In this document: piece after piece, positions 1-9,613 of the stretch
How positions within the stretch are numbered: the first letter of the stretch is position 1
Layout of the letters: every line of letters starts with the position of its first letter
DNA from: Opitutia bacterium
GTDB taxonomy: Bacteria; Verrucomicrobiota; Verrucomicrobiia; Opitutales; Opitutaceae
Direction of reading: 5' to 3'
Length of the DNA stretch: 64,000 nucleotides
Assembly: GCA_947478395.1 (NCBI GenBank)
Contig: CANJVR010000003.1
Coordinates: 416,001 to 480,000 of the forward strand
Made by a program: the position numbers and the translations under genes
Notes under the pieces: generated by a model
The model's database searches: none
The model's input: the letters and a program-made list of their open reading frames with translations, nothing else
What the model was told of the DNA's origin: nothing

Positions 1-343
1 CGCCGGCGTGTCGAACTACTCGTTCTACAGTCTGATCCGGTTGAACTTCGACTTGATCACCGGCTTCTCGATCGCGCCCTTGCAATATTTCACGATGTTC
101 GCGATGGCCTGTTCGGGCGGAAGTTTTGCGCTGGTGGCCGTGCTGCTCGTGCGCCGGTTCGTCTTCGACAATCTCGACCGCGACACCTTCGGCGTGTTCA
201 CGCTGCTGGCGTTTGTCCTCTTTTTGCTGAGCGTCGCGATGATCGGCATCGGCCTGATCGGCGAATACGTGGGGCGCACTTACCAAGTCGTTCGCGCGCG
301 CCAGCGGTACCACGTGAAGGAAGTATTGGAGGCGAAAAGCTAA
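1..343 (+). CDS. arnC: Undecaprenyl-phosphate 4-deoxy-4-formamido-L-arabinose transferase (GT2), C-terminal part, truncated by window start
   Basis: SNYSFYSLIRLNFDLITGFS..PLQ, two TM helices, GLIGEYVGRTY..VRAR.RY tail typical of ArnC/GtrB; directly upstream of arnA-like genes. Confidence 0.85.
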   Translation, partial: AGVSNYSFYSLIRLNFDLITGFSIAPLQYFTMFAMACSGGSFALVAVLLVRRFVFDNLDRDTFGVFTLLAFVLFLLSVAMIGIGLIGEYVGRTYQVVRARQRYHVKEVLEAKS

Positions 344-346
344 AGC

Positions 347-1252
347 ATGGGTCGGCCCCGCATCATTTTTTTCGGCTACAGCGAAGTAGGCTATTCGTGT
401 TTGTCGCTGCTGCTGGAGCGCGGTGACAACGTCGTCGCGCTCATCACGCACGAGGACAATCCGCACGAGAAAATCTGGTTCAAGACGCCCGCCGTCGCTG
501 CGCGCGAGCAAGGGATGCCGGTTTTCACCCCCGAGTCAGTCAATACGCCCGAATGGCGCGAACGGATCGCGGCCCTCCGGCCCGATTTGATCCTTTCGGT
601 GTACTACCGCCACATGATCGGCACCAAGATCCTCGCTTTGCCGCCGCTCGGCGCCTGGAACATGCATGGTTCCCTGCTGCCGAAATACCGCGGACGCGCC
701 CCGATCAATTGGGCGGTGCTGCACGGTGAGCCACGTATCGGCATGACGCTGCATCGCATGGTGAAAAGCGCCGACGCCGGCGCCGTGGTCGATCAAGCGG
801 GCGTGGACATCGGGCCGCGCGATACGGCCGAGCAGGCTTTTCGGAAAGCGCTGCCGTGCGCCCGGGCCGTGCTGGCGCGCCAGATCGATTCGCTGCTCGC
901 CGGAACCGTAAAAGAGACCGCTCAGGATGAGTCGCAGGCGAACTACTTCGGCGGACGCAAACCCGAGGATGGCCGAATCGACTGGACGCGGACGAGCGCG
1001 CAAATTTTCAACCTGATCCGCGCCGTGACCGATCCGTATCCAGGTGCTTTCACCGACGTGGGCGCGTCGCGCCTGATGGTGTGGTGGGCCGAATCCGAGT
1101 CACCTGCGGCCCAGGGAAAGCGCGGTGCGCCCGGTGAAATTCTGTTCGTGACGCCGCTGGTGATCGCGACAGGCGATGGCGCGCTGGAACTCACGAAGAT
1201 TGAGTGGCGTGACGCACCCGGACCGGAGTTGAAGGTGGGGCAAAAATTATAG
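347..1252 (+). CDS. arnA: UDP-L-Ara4N formyltransferase (stand-alone ArnA N-terminal domain)
   Basis: NMHGSLLPKYRGRAPINWAVLHGE, ADAG, YFGGRKPEDGRIDW, NLIRAVTDPYPGAF formyltransferase motifs. Confidence 0.9.
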   Translation: MGRPRIIFFGYSEVGYSCLSLLLERGDNVVALITHEDNPHEKIWFKTPAVAAREQGMPVFTPESVNTPEWRERIAALRPDLILSVYYRHMIGTKILALPPLGAWNMHGSLLPKYRGRAPINWAVLHGEPRIGMTLHRMVKSADAGAVVDQAGVDIGPRDTAEQAFRKALPCARAVLARQIDSLLAGTVKETAQDESQANYFGGRKPEDGRIDWTRTSAQIFNLIRAVTDPYPGAFTDVGASRLMVWWAESESPAAQGKRGAPGEILFVTPLVIATGDGALELTKIEWRDAPGPELKVGQKL

Positions 1253-1341
1253 GACTGATACGCGCGGCTTCCCGGCGGTCATCTTCGTTCGTGTCTTTTC
1301 CGCCGCTTCATGGTTAACCCTCTTTCTTAAACCACTCACTC

Positions 1342-2379
1342 ATGCCTCTCAAAGTTCTCATCCTCGGTGCCAACGGTTTCATCGGCAGCTCGCTCACGCG
1401 GGCGATCCTTAAACAGAAAGACTGGGAGGTCTACGGGATGGATATCGGCTCGCACAAGCTGGAGGACAGCCTCGGCAACCCGCGTTTCAAGTTCGTCGAG
1501 GGCGATATCACGATCAACCGCGAGTACATCGAATATCACGTGAAGAAGTGCGACGCGGTTATCCCGCTCGTCGCGATCGCGAATCCGATTCAGTACGTGA
1601 AGGACCCGCTGAAGGTTTTCGAACTCGATTTCGAAGCTAACCTCGCGGTCGTTCGCCACTGCGCGAAATACAAGAAGCGCATCATCTTTCCGTCCACCTC
1701 CGAGGTCTACGGCATGAGCACGGACAAACACCTCGATGAGGCCACGACCTCGCTCGTCTACGGGCCCATCGAGCGCCAGCGCTGGATTTATGCGTGCTCG
1801 AAGCAGCTGCTCGACCGCGTGATTTACGCCTACGGCGTGCGCGACAACGTGGACTACACGCTCTTCCGTCCGTTCAATTGGATCGGACCGAAGCTGGACG
1901 ACGTGATGGAGCCGAAGGAGGGCAGCTCGCGCCTCTTTACGCAGTTCATCTCGAACGTGATCTTTAAAAAGCCGCTGCAGCTCGTCGACGGCGGCAAGCA
2001 GAGCCGTTCGTTTACCTTCATCGATGACGGCGTGGATGCGTTGCTGCGCATCATCGAAAACAAGGACGGCTGTGCGTCGCGGCAGATTTTCAATCTCGGC
2101 AATCCGCGGAACGACGTGAGCGTGGCCGAGCTGGCGAAGCTCATCATCGAGGCCTTTAAGGACTATCCCGATTACGCCGAGCACGCCGCGCAGGCGAAAA
2201 CCGTGGTCGTGACCTCGGGCAAATATTTCGGAAAATATTATCAGGACATCCAGAAGCGCGTGCCCTCAATCGCGAATGCGAAGAAACAGCTGGGCTGGAA
2301 TCCCAAGGTGAACCTCAAGAAGGCGATCAAGCTCACGCTGGATTACCACCTCGCGCACAAAGATTATCAGCTGGAATGA
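1342..2379 (+). CDS. arnA: UDP-glucuronic acid oxidase/decarboxylase (stand-alone ArnA C-terminal domain)
   Basis: GANGFIG, LVAIANP..Y..DPLKVFELDFEANL, FPSTSEVYG, RWIYACSKQL, FRPFNWIGP, YQDIQKRVP. Confidence 0.93.
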   Translation: MPLKVLILGANGFIGSSLTRAILKQKDWEVYGMDIGSHKLEDSLGNPRFKFVEGDITINREYIEYHVKKCDAVIPLVAIANPIQYVKDPLKVFELDFEANLAVVRHCAKYKKRIIFPSTSEVYGMSTDKHLDEATTSLVYGPIERQRWIYACSKQLLDRVIYAYGVRDNVDYTLFRPFNWIGPKLDDVMEPKEGSSRLFTQFISNVIFKKPLQLVDGGKQSRSFTFIDDGVDALLRIIENKDGCASRQIFNLGNPRNDVSVAELAKLIIEAFKDYPDYAEHAAQAKTVVVTSGKYFGKYYQDIQKRVPSIANAKKQLGWNPKVNLKKAIKLTLDYHLAHKDYQLE

Positions 2380-2381
2380 CG

Positions 2382-2444
2382 TGGGAGCGCGGGCGCCCTC
2401 GTCCGCTGGAATTTCGGAAGCGGACGAGGGCGTCCGCGCTCCCA
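2382..2444. repeat. REP-like palindromic element
   Basis: tgggagcgcgggcgccctcgtccgc ... gcggacgagggcgtccgcgctccca: ~25-bp near-perfect inverted arms with a short loop, intergenic. Confidence 0.85.
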
Positions 2445-2467
2445 GTAAAGAACCAACGTAATCACCC

Positions 2468-3373
2468 ATGCCCATCCGCCTCGCTCTCAAAGTCGACGTC
2501 GATACCGATCGCGGTACGCGCGAGGGTGTGCCGAATCTGGTCGCCGATTGCGAGGCGGTGGAGGCGCCTGCGGCGTTTCTCTTTTCGCTCGGGCCGGATC
2601 AGACCGGCCGGGCGATCACGCGGGTGTTTCGCCCCGGATTTTTCCAGAAGGTCAGCCGCACGAGCGTGGTGCAGATCTACGGAGTACGCACCCTGCTCAA
2701 CGGCACGCTGCTCCCGGCGCCGCATATCGGCCGGCGCAACGCCGCTGTCATGCGGGCTGTACGCGATGCGGGCTTCGAGGTGGGGATCCACTGCTTTAAC
2801 CATTACCGCTGGCAGGACTACCTGCACGCGATGCCGCTCGCGGCCGTGCGGGAGGAATTCGGAGCGGCCCGCGCGGAATTTCTGCGCATTTTTGGGGTGG
2901 AGGCCCGCACGGCGGGAGCACCGGGCTGGCAGAGTAACGCGAAAAGCCGGGAGGTTTACGACGAAGCAGAACTGCTTTACGCGAGCGACACGCGCGGGGG
3001 AGACCCGTTTTTTCCGCGGGTGGGCGGGCACGTTTTTAAAACGCTCGAAATTCCGAGCACGCTGCCGACGTTCGACGAGTTGATGGGCCGGCCGGAATAT
3101 CCGGACGATAAAATCGTCGCGCACTATCTCTCGTTACTGCGCGGCGATCGCCCGAACGTGTTTACGCTGCACGCCGAGATTGAGGGCATGGGCCGTCGCA
3201 CGCTTTTTCGGGAATTACTCGCGGCGTGCAAAAACGCGGGCGTGGAATTCGTCCGCATGGACGACCTCGCGCAGGAATTGCTCGCGAACCGGGCGACGAT
3301 TCCGGTGCGGGACCAAGTGATGGCGGAGATCGACGGCCGATCGGGCTTCGTGGCAGCGCAGTCTGGGGCGTGA
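2468..3373 (+). CDS. arnD: 4-deoxy-4-formamido-L-arabinose-phosphoundecaprenol deformylase (polysaccharide deacetylase fold)
   Basis: LKVDVDT.RGTREGVP, FLFSLGPD.TGRA, GIHCFNHYRWQD, YASDTRG, PSTLPTFDE, FTLHAEIEG. Confidence 0.88.
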   Translation: MPIRLALKVDVDTDRGTREGVPNLVADCEAVEAPAAFLFSLGPDQTGRAITRVFRPGFFQKVSRTSVVQIYGVRTLLNGTLLPAPHIGRRNAAVMRAVRDAGFEVGIHCFNHYRWQDYLHAMPLAAVREEFGAARAEFLRIFGVEARTAGAPGWQSNAKSREVYDEAELLYASDTRGGDPFFPRVGGHVFKTLEIPSTLPTFDELMGRPEYPDDKIVAHYLSLLRGDRPNVFTLHAEIEGMGRRTLFRELLAACKNAGVEFVRMDDLAQELLANRATIPVRDQVMAEIDGRSGFVAAQSGA

Positions 3374-3433
3374 CGCCGGCGATCGAATGTAGGCCGGGCG
3401 CCCCGCCCGCATCAATCAAGCAGGGCCTTGCTC

Positions 3434-4576
3434 TTACCGCTCGATCTTGCGAAACAGCCAAATACCCAGCCCGGCAAAGATAAGATTGGGCAGCCATAGG
3501 AGCATGTCGGGGTGATATTCCGGATGCCGGTCGAGCCAGCTCACCATCACGGTCAGAACATAATAGCCGAGAAAGAGCAGCACGGCCACGCCGAGGTTGG
3601 CGCTGGTTTCGCGGCGTGAAACGCTAATGCCGAGCGGAACAGCGATGATCGCGAACGCCAGCACGGCGAAGGCGAGGGTGAACTTTTCCTGCCGCGCCAG
3701 TCGCACTTTCATGACCGCGATCTCGTGGTCCTTGGGTTGCGCCGGATCTGACGGCAGGGCGGTGACGCGGGCCTCTTCGGCTCCGAGTTCGCTGTAGGTC
3801 ATTTCACGGAGCTTCTGCTGGCGTTTCTTGCGGCCGAAAATTTTCTCGAGCGAGAGGTGTTGTGGGTCGGAGGTCTCGAACGAACCGACCTGGGGCGCCT
3901 CCGAAAAATCTTCCGGTCGCTTGGATTTGCGCGTCTCCATTTGCGCGCGGGTGAGCGTGAGCACGAGGTCGTAGGCGTTTTCATCGTACTCGAAATGGCC
4001 CGACTCCGCCCGGATAAGCTCAATCACGCGGCCCGCGGAATCGAGTTTCCAGAGCCAGAAATCACGCATGACTGAGCCTTCCTTTTCGCCGATGTAGACG
4101 ACCACGCCGTCAAAATTGCGGATGAATGTCTTGGGCGTGACGAGGCGGAGTGGATTGGCCCGCACCGCGAGTGCGAGTTGATGTTCGAAGCTAAGCCGGG
4201 CCGCGGGCATCGCGTCGAAATTTGCGTAGAGGCCAAAGGCGGCGCCGAGCGCGCCGAGGATCAGAATGGGTCGGGCGATGCGCGTGAGGGAAACCCCGGC
4301 GGTGCGCATGGCCGTGATCTCGCTGTCGGCCGAGAGCCGGCCGAGGGTCAGCAAAACGCCGGTGAGCACGCCCATCGGCAGGGCAAACGGAGCGACTGCA
4401 GGGAAAAGCATCAGGATCAGCCGCAGTGCCACGCTCCAACCGAGCTGGCCCGCGAGGAGCGGCGCGAGTACGTCGCGCACCGCGTTGCCGAGCATTAACA
4501 CGAACGCGAGCACGCCGACCGCCGCCGTGCAGGTAAACAGCACGCTTTTGAAAATATAACGGTCGAGGAGGTTCAC
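3434..4576 (-). CDS. lptF: LPS export ABC permease, LptF/LptG family
   Basis: LLDRYIF start, LGRLSADSEITAMRTAGVS, three plus three TM helices around a periplasmic domain, WLPN near the C-terminus. Confidence 0.85.
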   Translation of the reverse strand: MNLLDRYIFKSVLFTCTAAVGVLAFVLMLGNAVRDVLAPLLAGQLGWSVALRLILMLFPAVAPFALPMGVLTGVLLTLGRLSADSEITAMRTAGVSLTRIARPILILGALGAAFGLYANFDAMPAARLSFEHQLALAVRANPLRLVTPKTFIRNFDGVVVYIGEKEGSVMRDFWLWKLDSAGRVIELIRAESGHFEYDENAYDLVLTLTRAQMETRKSKRPEDFSEAPQVGSFETSDPQHLSLEKIFGRKKRQQKLREMTYSELGAEEARVTALPSDPAQPKDHEIAVMKVRLARQEKFTLAFAVLAFAIIAVPLGISVSRRETSANLGVAVLLFLGYYVLTVMVSWLDRHPEYHPDMLLWLPNLIFAGLGIWLFRKIER

Positions 4577-4730
4577 GCGGCGGCCGAAGGTTCATCGCAG
4601 ACCCATGAGGCGCGGACAAGGCGGTTCGTGTTTTAGCGATTTTTGTTTCCGGCTCTGTTCTTAATGAAGGGCGGGCGCTCTCAGCCGTCACGGCGGACCA
4701 TCCGGGGCGAGGGCACCCGGCTCATATTTT

Positions 4731-5441
4731 TTATGGCGCGGCCCAAGTTTGGATCACCCCGGGCAGTTCGAGCGCGGATTTTAGCGTGAAGAAACGTCCG
4801 GATGCTTCGGGCGCCGCTTCGACGCGCTCCGCGGCCCACGTGATAGGATAGGGCACGTGCGCGCCGGCTCCGCCGAGGGCCAGCACGGGCAGGATGTCGG
4901 ACTTGAGCGAATTGCCGACCATCAGGAAGCGCGCGGGCGCGATCGCATGACGGCGGAAAAGCGCGGCGTAGCTCGATACATCCTTTTCGGAGAGAATTTC
5001 GACGTGACGAAAATGCGTGGCGAGCCCGGAGCGCGCGAGTTTTCGCTCCTGATCCCGCAGATCGCCTTTCGTGATGACGAGCAGGCGGTACGCGGGGGCA
5101 AGGTCGGCCAGGATTTCAGGAATGCCGGGCAGGACATCGACGGGATGCGCCAGCATTTCCTGACCGAGCGCGATGAGTTGCTGGATTTCGCTCGCGCTGA
5201 TTTTTCCGGCGGTGAGCGCGATGGCGGTCTCGATGGCGGAGAGGGTGAAGCCTTTCACCCCGTAGCCGTACAACTCCAGGTTGCGCATCTCCGTCGCGAA
5301 TAACATGCGGTCGACCGTGGCCGCGTCGTGGTAGTGCGCGAGGAGGGTGCGATAGCGTGCGTGGACGCGCTCGAAGATGGTTTCGTTGTGCCAGAGCGTG
5401 TCGTCGGCATCGAAGCCGATGGTGAGTTCAGAGGCGGCCAT
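4731..5441 (-). CDS. HAD-superfamily hydrolase
   Basis: FDADDTLWHNE motif I, ITKGD, MVGNSLKSDI. Confidence 0.88.
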   Translation of the reverse strand: MAASELTIGFDADDTLWHNETIFERVHARYRTLLAHYHDAATVDRMLFATEMRNLELYGYGVKGFTLSAIETAIALTAGKISASEIQQLIALGQEMLAHPVDVLPGIPEILADLAPAYRLLVITKGDLRDQERKLARSGLATHFRHVEILSEKDVSSYAALFRRHAIAPARFLMVGNSLKSDILPVLALGGAGAHVPYPITWAAERVEAAPEASGRFFTLKSALELPGVIQTWAAP

Positions 5442-5724
5442 GGACAAAAACGCAAGGCAGCCGGGCATCGCATGGCAATGCCGCGCTCAGGTGCGGATCG
5501 AAACGCTCGGTGAATGCCGGACCGAGATCGGCGGCGGAATCCGGCCAGACAAGGGCGACTCGAAGCGGTTCGGCGGATGGATCGCCGCCGGGGATATAAG
5601 GTGCGGGCGGGTGGCCTAAATCGCTGCGGAGGCGGATAGCGTGTTGAACGTTTACGCCGGCACCTTCGGCGGTTGGGCTTGTCGCAGCGGGTTCGCCCGA
5701 ATTGGCTAACCACGGATTACACGG

Positions 5725-6579
5725 ATGAAACGGATAAGATTTTTGACCTGGATCTTTGCTCTATGGGCTTTTGTTGCCCTCGGACTACACGCGGCCGAGA
5801 GCGAATCGCTGGCGCAGCGCACGCTGCGTCAGCTCACGGAGCGGCAGCGCACGCTCTTCGAGGATGCCGCGAAGCAGGGGGACAACTTGGAGGCGGAATC
5901 ATTTCGTTCGCAGGTGCAGGATTTGAGTCACAGCTATGAACGGCTGTTGCAGGACAATCCCAAGTTCGCCGCGGCCTACGCGGCTTATGGTTATCTTTTG
6001 TGCAAGGTCGACATGCGCAAGCAGGCGGCGGCGCTTTTGCTGAAGGCCAACCAGCTCGATAGCGACATTCCCCTCGTAAAAAACCAGCTGGGCAACCTGC
6101 TGGCTGAGGATGGTAAGCCGCTCGATGCGCTGCCTTATTTTCTCGCGGCGGTGAAACTGGTGCCCAACGAGCCCTTGTACCACTATCAGCTCGGCACGCT
6201 GCTGGCCGAGGCGCGTGATGATTTTCTGAAGAGCGGGTCGTGGACGCGGCCGGCGCTCGATCGCGCGATGCACGAGGCGTTTCGTCGTGCGGCGGAGCTG
6301 GCCCCGGCGCGCTTCGAGTTTGGCTACCGTTACGCGGAGTCGTTTTACGATCTCGCCACGCCGGATTGGGACGGAGCGCTCAAGGTCTGGGCGGCGTTGG
6401 AAGAAAAAGCGCCCACTCCGATCGAGCAGCAGACCCTCCGTTTGCATGCGGCAAATGTGTTGTTGAAACAGGGCCGCGCCGACCAGGCGAAACTCCTGCT
6501 CAACACCGTGACGGAGCCGGCCCTTCAGGCGCAGAAACAAAAGCTGATTGCACCGCCGGCTGAGACCGAGAAAAAGTGA
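5725..6579 (+). CDS. Secreted tetratricopeptide-repeat protein
   Basis: Signal peptide followed by TPR-like helices (NQLGNLLAEDGK..DAL.YF..AV.L.P....YHYQLG). Confidence 0.75.
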   Translation: MKRIRFLTWIFALWAFVALGLHAAESESLAQRTLRQLTERQRTLFEDAAKQGDNLEAESFRSQVQDLSHSYERLLQDNPKFAAAYAAYGYLLCKVDMRKQAAALLLKANQLDSDIPLVKNQLGNLLAEDGKPLDALPYFLAAVKLVPNEPLYHYQLGTLLAEARDDFLKSGSWTRPALDRAMHEAFRRAAELAPARFEFGYRYAESFYDLATPDWDGALKVWAALEEKAPTPIEQQTLRLHAANVLLKQGRADQAKLLLNTVTEPALQAQKQKLIAPPAETEKK

Positions 6580-6585
6580 CGGGCT

Positions 6586-7254
6586 ATGGATCTTGGTCTC
6601 ACGCCTGATGTTCTGCGCACCGGACTGCTACTTTATCTCCTGTTGGTGGTGACGCTTTGTCTGCGCACCTACGGCCAGGCGTGGGTGGCCACGCGGCTGG
6701 GCGATTCGACTCCGGCCGACCACGGTCGTCTCACGCTGAATCCGCTGCCTCATATGGATCTGATCGGTTCGGTGATTCTGCCGCTAATTTGTATTTTTTA
6801 TCTGCAGCCGCGGTTGGGTGGCATCAGTTTTTTTCTGGCGTGGGCCCGGCCGGTCCCGATCAACCCGTCGAATTTCCCCCATCCCGGCCGCGACTACATG
6901 TACACCCAGCTCGCCAATCCGGTCGTGAGTCTGGGCCTTGCGTTGGTCGCCTCGGTGGCAGGCGGACTGATGTTTCACTTCGATCCCCGCACGCTCGAGC
7001 TGTTCGGCTCGCTGATTATACTCAACGCGAGTCTCATCGTGATTGATTTCCTCCCCATCCCGCCGCTGCCCGGCGGCATGGTGCTCAAGCAACTCGGCGT
7101 GATGAGCGAGGAGACGTTCTGGCAGATTTCGCGCTGGAGCGGGCTCGTGCTGATGGTGGCGTTTAACATCCCCGCGGTGCGCGCCTTGATTTCGTTCATG
7201 ATCGGGCTGGTGGCGGCGCCGTTCGCGCTGTTGCTGCGATCGTTGATTTCATGA
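6586..7254 (+). CDS. Site-2 protease (M50) family membrane protein, catalytic residues missing
   Basis: AWVATRLGDSTP...GRLTLNPLPHMDLIG, WARPVPINP, LPIPPL; HExxH position reads RTYGQ and NxxPxxxxDG position reads DFLPIPPLPG. Confidence 0.8.
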   Translation: MDLGLTPDVLRTGLLLYLLLVVTLCLRTYGQAWVATRLGDSTPADHGRLTLNPLPHMDLIGSVILPLICIFYLQPRLGGISFFLAWARPVPINPSNFPHPGRDYMYTQLANPVVSLGLALVASVAGGLMFHFDPRTLELFGSLIILNASLIVIDFLPIPPLPGGMVLKQLGVMSEETFWQISRWSGLVLMVAFNIPAVRALISFMIGLVAAPFALLLRSLIS

Positions 7255-8186
7255 GCGACGCGGCGACGGTGTTCTCCCGCTTAATCGGGCGAGGTGCGTC
7301 GCGGGCCGAGACCGTGGGCGCCTGGCTTCGGTTGGCGGAAAAACTTTACGCTCAGGCGGGCGCCGGTCTTGGCCAGGTATCGGCCAGCGCGCACGATGAA
7401 GCGCTTTACCTGCTGCTGCGTACGCTGGAGCTGCCGCTTGATAGCGACGCGCGCGTGCTGAAAAAAAAACTGACCGCCGCGCAGCGTACTAACGTAGCGG
7501 CGGTGTTTCGCCGGCGGCTCGTCGAGCGGGTGCCGGCGGCTTATCTCACGCGCGAAGCGTGGCTCGGCGAAGATCGATTCTATGTCGACGAGCGAGTGAT
7601 TATTCCCCGTTCCTATTTTTTGGAGATTATCCCGGAGCAACTCGACGACTGGTTGCCGGCCGCGAAGCAAGTCACGCACGTGGTGGATGTTTGCACCGGC
7701 TCGGGTTGTCTCGCGATTCTGCTGGCGAAACATTTTCCAAAGGCCCGCGTGGACGCCGTGGACCTCTCAACCGCGGCACTCGAAGTGGCGGCCATCAATG
7801 TGAAATCTCACCGGCTGGGGCGGCGCGTGGCATTGCACTGCAGCGATGTCTTCGACCGAGTTCCTGCGGCGAAGTACGATGTGATTCTGAGTAACCCGCC
7901 CTACGAGCCGAGTGCGCATTGCGACGCGCTGCCGTTGGAGTTTCAGCGGGAACCGCGGCTGGCGCTCGACGGCGGCGCGGACGGCCTCGATATCATTCGC
8001 AAGCTGCTGCGCCAGGCGCGGACCCGACTGCAGCCGCACGGCATTGTATTGATTGAAGTGGGCGGATTGCGCGCGGTGATGGACCGCGAATTTGCCGCGC
8101 TCGAGCCGCACTGGTTGCAGACGCACGACGGCAGCGACTGCGTATGCGTGATCAATGCGGCGCGGCTGAAACGGTGGCGGGGTTGA
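7251..8186 (+). CDS. prmB: Ribosomal protein L3 N5-glutamine methyltransferase
   Basis: DEALYLLL..L.LP, RVPAAYLTREAW, FYVDERVIIPRS, DVCTGSGC, NPPY, EP.LAL.GG.DGLD. Confidence 0.88.
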   Translation: MSDAATVFSRLIGRGASRAETVGAWLRLAEKLYAQAGAGLGQVSASAHDEALYLLLRTLELPLDSDARVLKKKLTAAQRTNVAAVFRRRLVERVPAAYLTREAWLGEDRFYVDERVIIPRSYFLEIIPEQLDDWLPAAKQVTHVVDVCTGSGCLAILLAKHFPKARVDAVDLSTAALEVAAINVKSHRLGRRVALHCSDVFDRVPAAKYDVILSNPPYEPSAHCDALPLEFQREPRLALDGGADGLDIIRKLLRQARTRLQPHGIVLIEVGGLRAVMDREFAALEPHWLQTHDGSDCVCVINAARLKRWRG

Positions 8187-8196
8187 GCTCGGATTT

Positions 8197-8328
8197 CGGA
8201 AGGTTCGCCACGAAGAGGCCCCAAGATTCCTCTTTTTCTCCGACTGCCTCCCCGGCGCGCCTCCAGGCGCATCAACGCGTTGCTGGAGCGGAGTAAACTT
8301 TTCGTGCCTTTTCGTGGCCAAAATTCCG
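8197..8328. repeat. ~130-bp MITE-like element with terminal inverted repeats, copy 1 (left of puuD)
   Basis: cggaaggttcgccacgaagaggc ... gtgccttttcgtggccaaaattccg; aligns end to end with 9614-9741. Confidence 0.75.
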
Positions 8329-8401
8329 GAGTTTGAACTCGGCGATTGTCTCGACGGGCGCGGCGGCTTGGCATGGCGGGCGCTTTTCAAGCACCTCATT
8401 C

Positions 8402-9601
8402 ATGGACGCTCATTTGATGGAATTTCTCGGGATGCTGGTGCGCTGGCTGCACGTCATTGCCGGCGTGGCGTGGATCGGGTCGTCGTTTTATTTCATCTGG
8501 CTCGACAACAGCCTCGATGCACCCGAACCCGGTTCCGCCAACGCGACGAAGGGCGTCTCCGGCGAACTCTGGGCGGTCCATGGCGGCGGTTTCTATAATC
8601 CGCAGAAGTACGCCGTCGCGCCGCCATTGCTGCCGGAGAAATTGCACTGGTTCAAATGGGAGGCGTACACGACGTGGCTTTCGGGCACCGCGCTGCTGGT
8701 GCTCGTTTACTGGCTGCACGCGCAGACGATGATGGTCGACTCGCGCCTCGTGGCGCTTTCGGGCCTTCAGGCCGTCGGGATCGGCGCCGGCAGCATGGTG
8801 CTTTCGTGGTTCGTGTACGACGCGTTGTGCCGTTCGCCGCTCGGTAAACGCGAAGGACTGCTCGCCCTGGTGGTGTTTGCGTTGCTCGGCGGTTTGACCT
8901 GGGCGCTCTGCCACTGGCTCGGCGGGCGCGCCGCGTACATCCACGTCGGCACTTCGATCGGCACGATCATGGCGGCAAACGTTTTTTTCGTGATCATCCC
9001 CGGGCAGAAAAAAATGGTGGATGCGATGCGCGCGGGCGGTTTACCGGATCCGATCTACGGCAAGCGCGGCAAGCAGCGCAGCGTGCATAATAATTATTTC
9101 ACGCTGCCGGTGATTTTCATCATGATCAGCAACCACTATGCTGCGACGTACAGCCACGCGCAAAATTGGGCCGTGTTGCTGCTGATCTCGGGCGCGGCGG
9201 TGTCGATCCGCCATTTTTTCAATCGCAAGCACAAGGGCGTCTACGCGTGGCAATTCCTGGGCGCGGGCGGCGTGATGCTCGGATTTACCGCGTGGTGGAC
9301 GGGGCCGCACGGCCCGCCGCCGCCGATGTCTGCGCTGCCGGTCAGCTTTGCGCAGATCCAGCCGATCATGGCGCAGCGTTGTGCGACCTGCCACATGCCC
9401 ACGCCAACGTTTCCCGGCATCGCGCAGGCCCCGGCGGGCGTTTTGCTGAACAACTCAGCGAACATCGCGCAGAACGCGGGCCGGATATATCAGCAGGTCG
9501 CGGTGACGCGCATCATGCCGCTCGGGAATATTACACAAATCACCGACGAGGAACGCGCGATGATCGCCCGCTGGGTCCACGACGGGGCGAAGACGCAGTG
9601 A
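8402..9601 (+). CDS. puuD: Urate hydroxylase PuuD (membrane domain plus C-terminal cytochrome c)
   Basis: RWLHVIAGVAWIGSSFYFIWLD, ELWAVHGGGFY, LHWFKWEAY, RSVHNNYFTLPV...ISNHY, CATCH heme motif. Confidence 0.92.
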   Translation: MDAHLMEFLGMLVRWLHVIAGVAWIGSSFYFIWLDNSLDAPEPGSANATKGVSGELWAVHGGGFYNPQKYAVAPPLLPEKLHWFKWEAYTTWLSGTALLVLVYWLHAQTMMVDSRLVALSGLQAVGIGAGSMVLSWFVYDALCRSPLGKREGLLALVVFALLGGLTWALCHWLGGRAAYIHVGTSIGTIMAANVFFVIIPGQKKMVDAMRAGGLPDPIYGKRGKQRSVHNNYFTLPVIFIMISNHYAATYSHAQNWAVLLLISGAAVSIRHFFNRKHKGVYAWQFLGAGGVMLGFTAWWTGPHGPPPPMSALPVSFAQIQPIMAQRCATCHMPTPTFPGIAQAPAGVLLNNSANIAQNAGRIYQQVAVTRIMPLGNITQITDEERAMIARWVHDGAKTQ

Positions 9602-9613
9602 ATTTTAAGGCGG

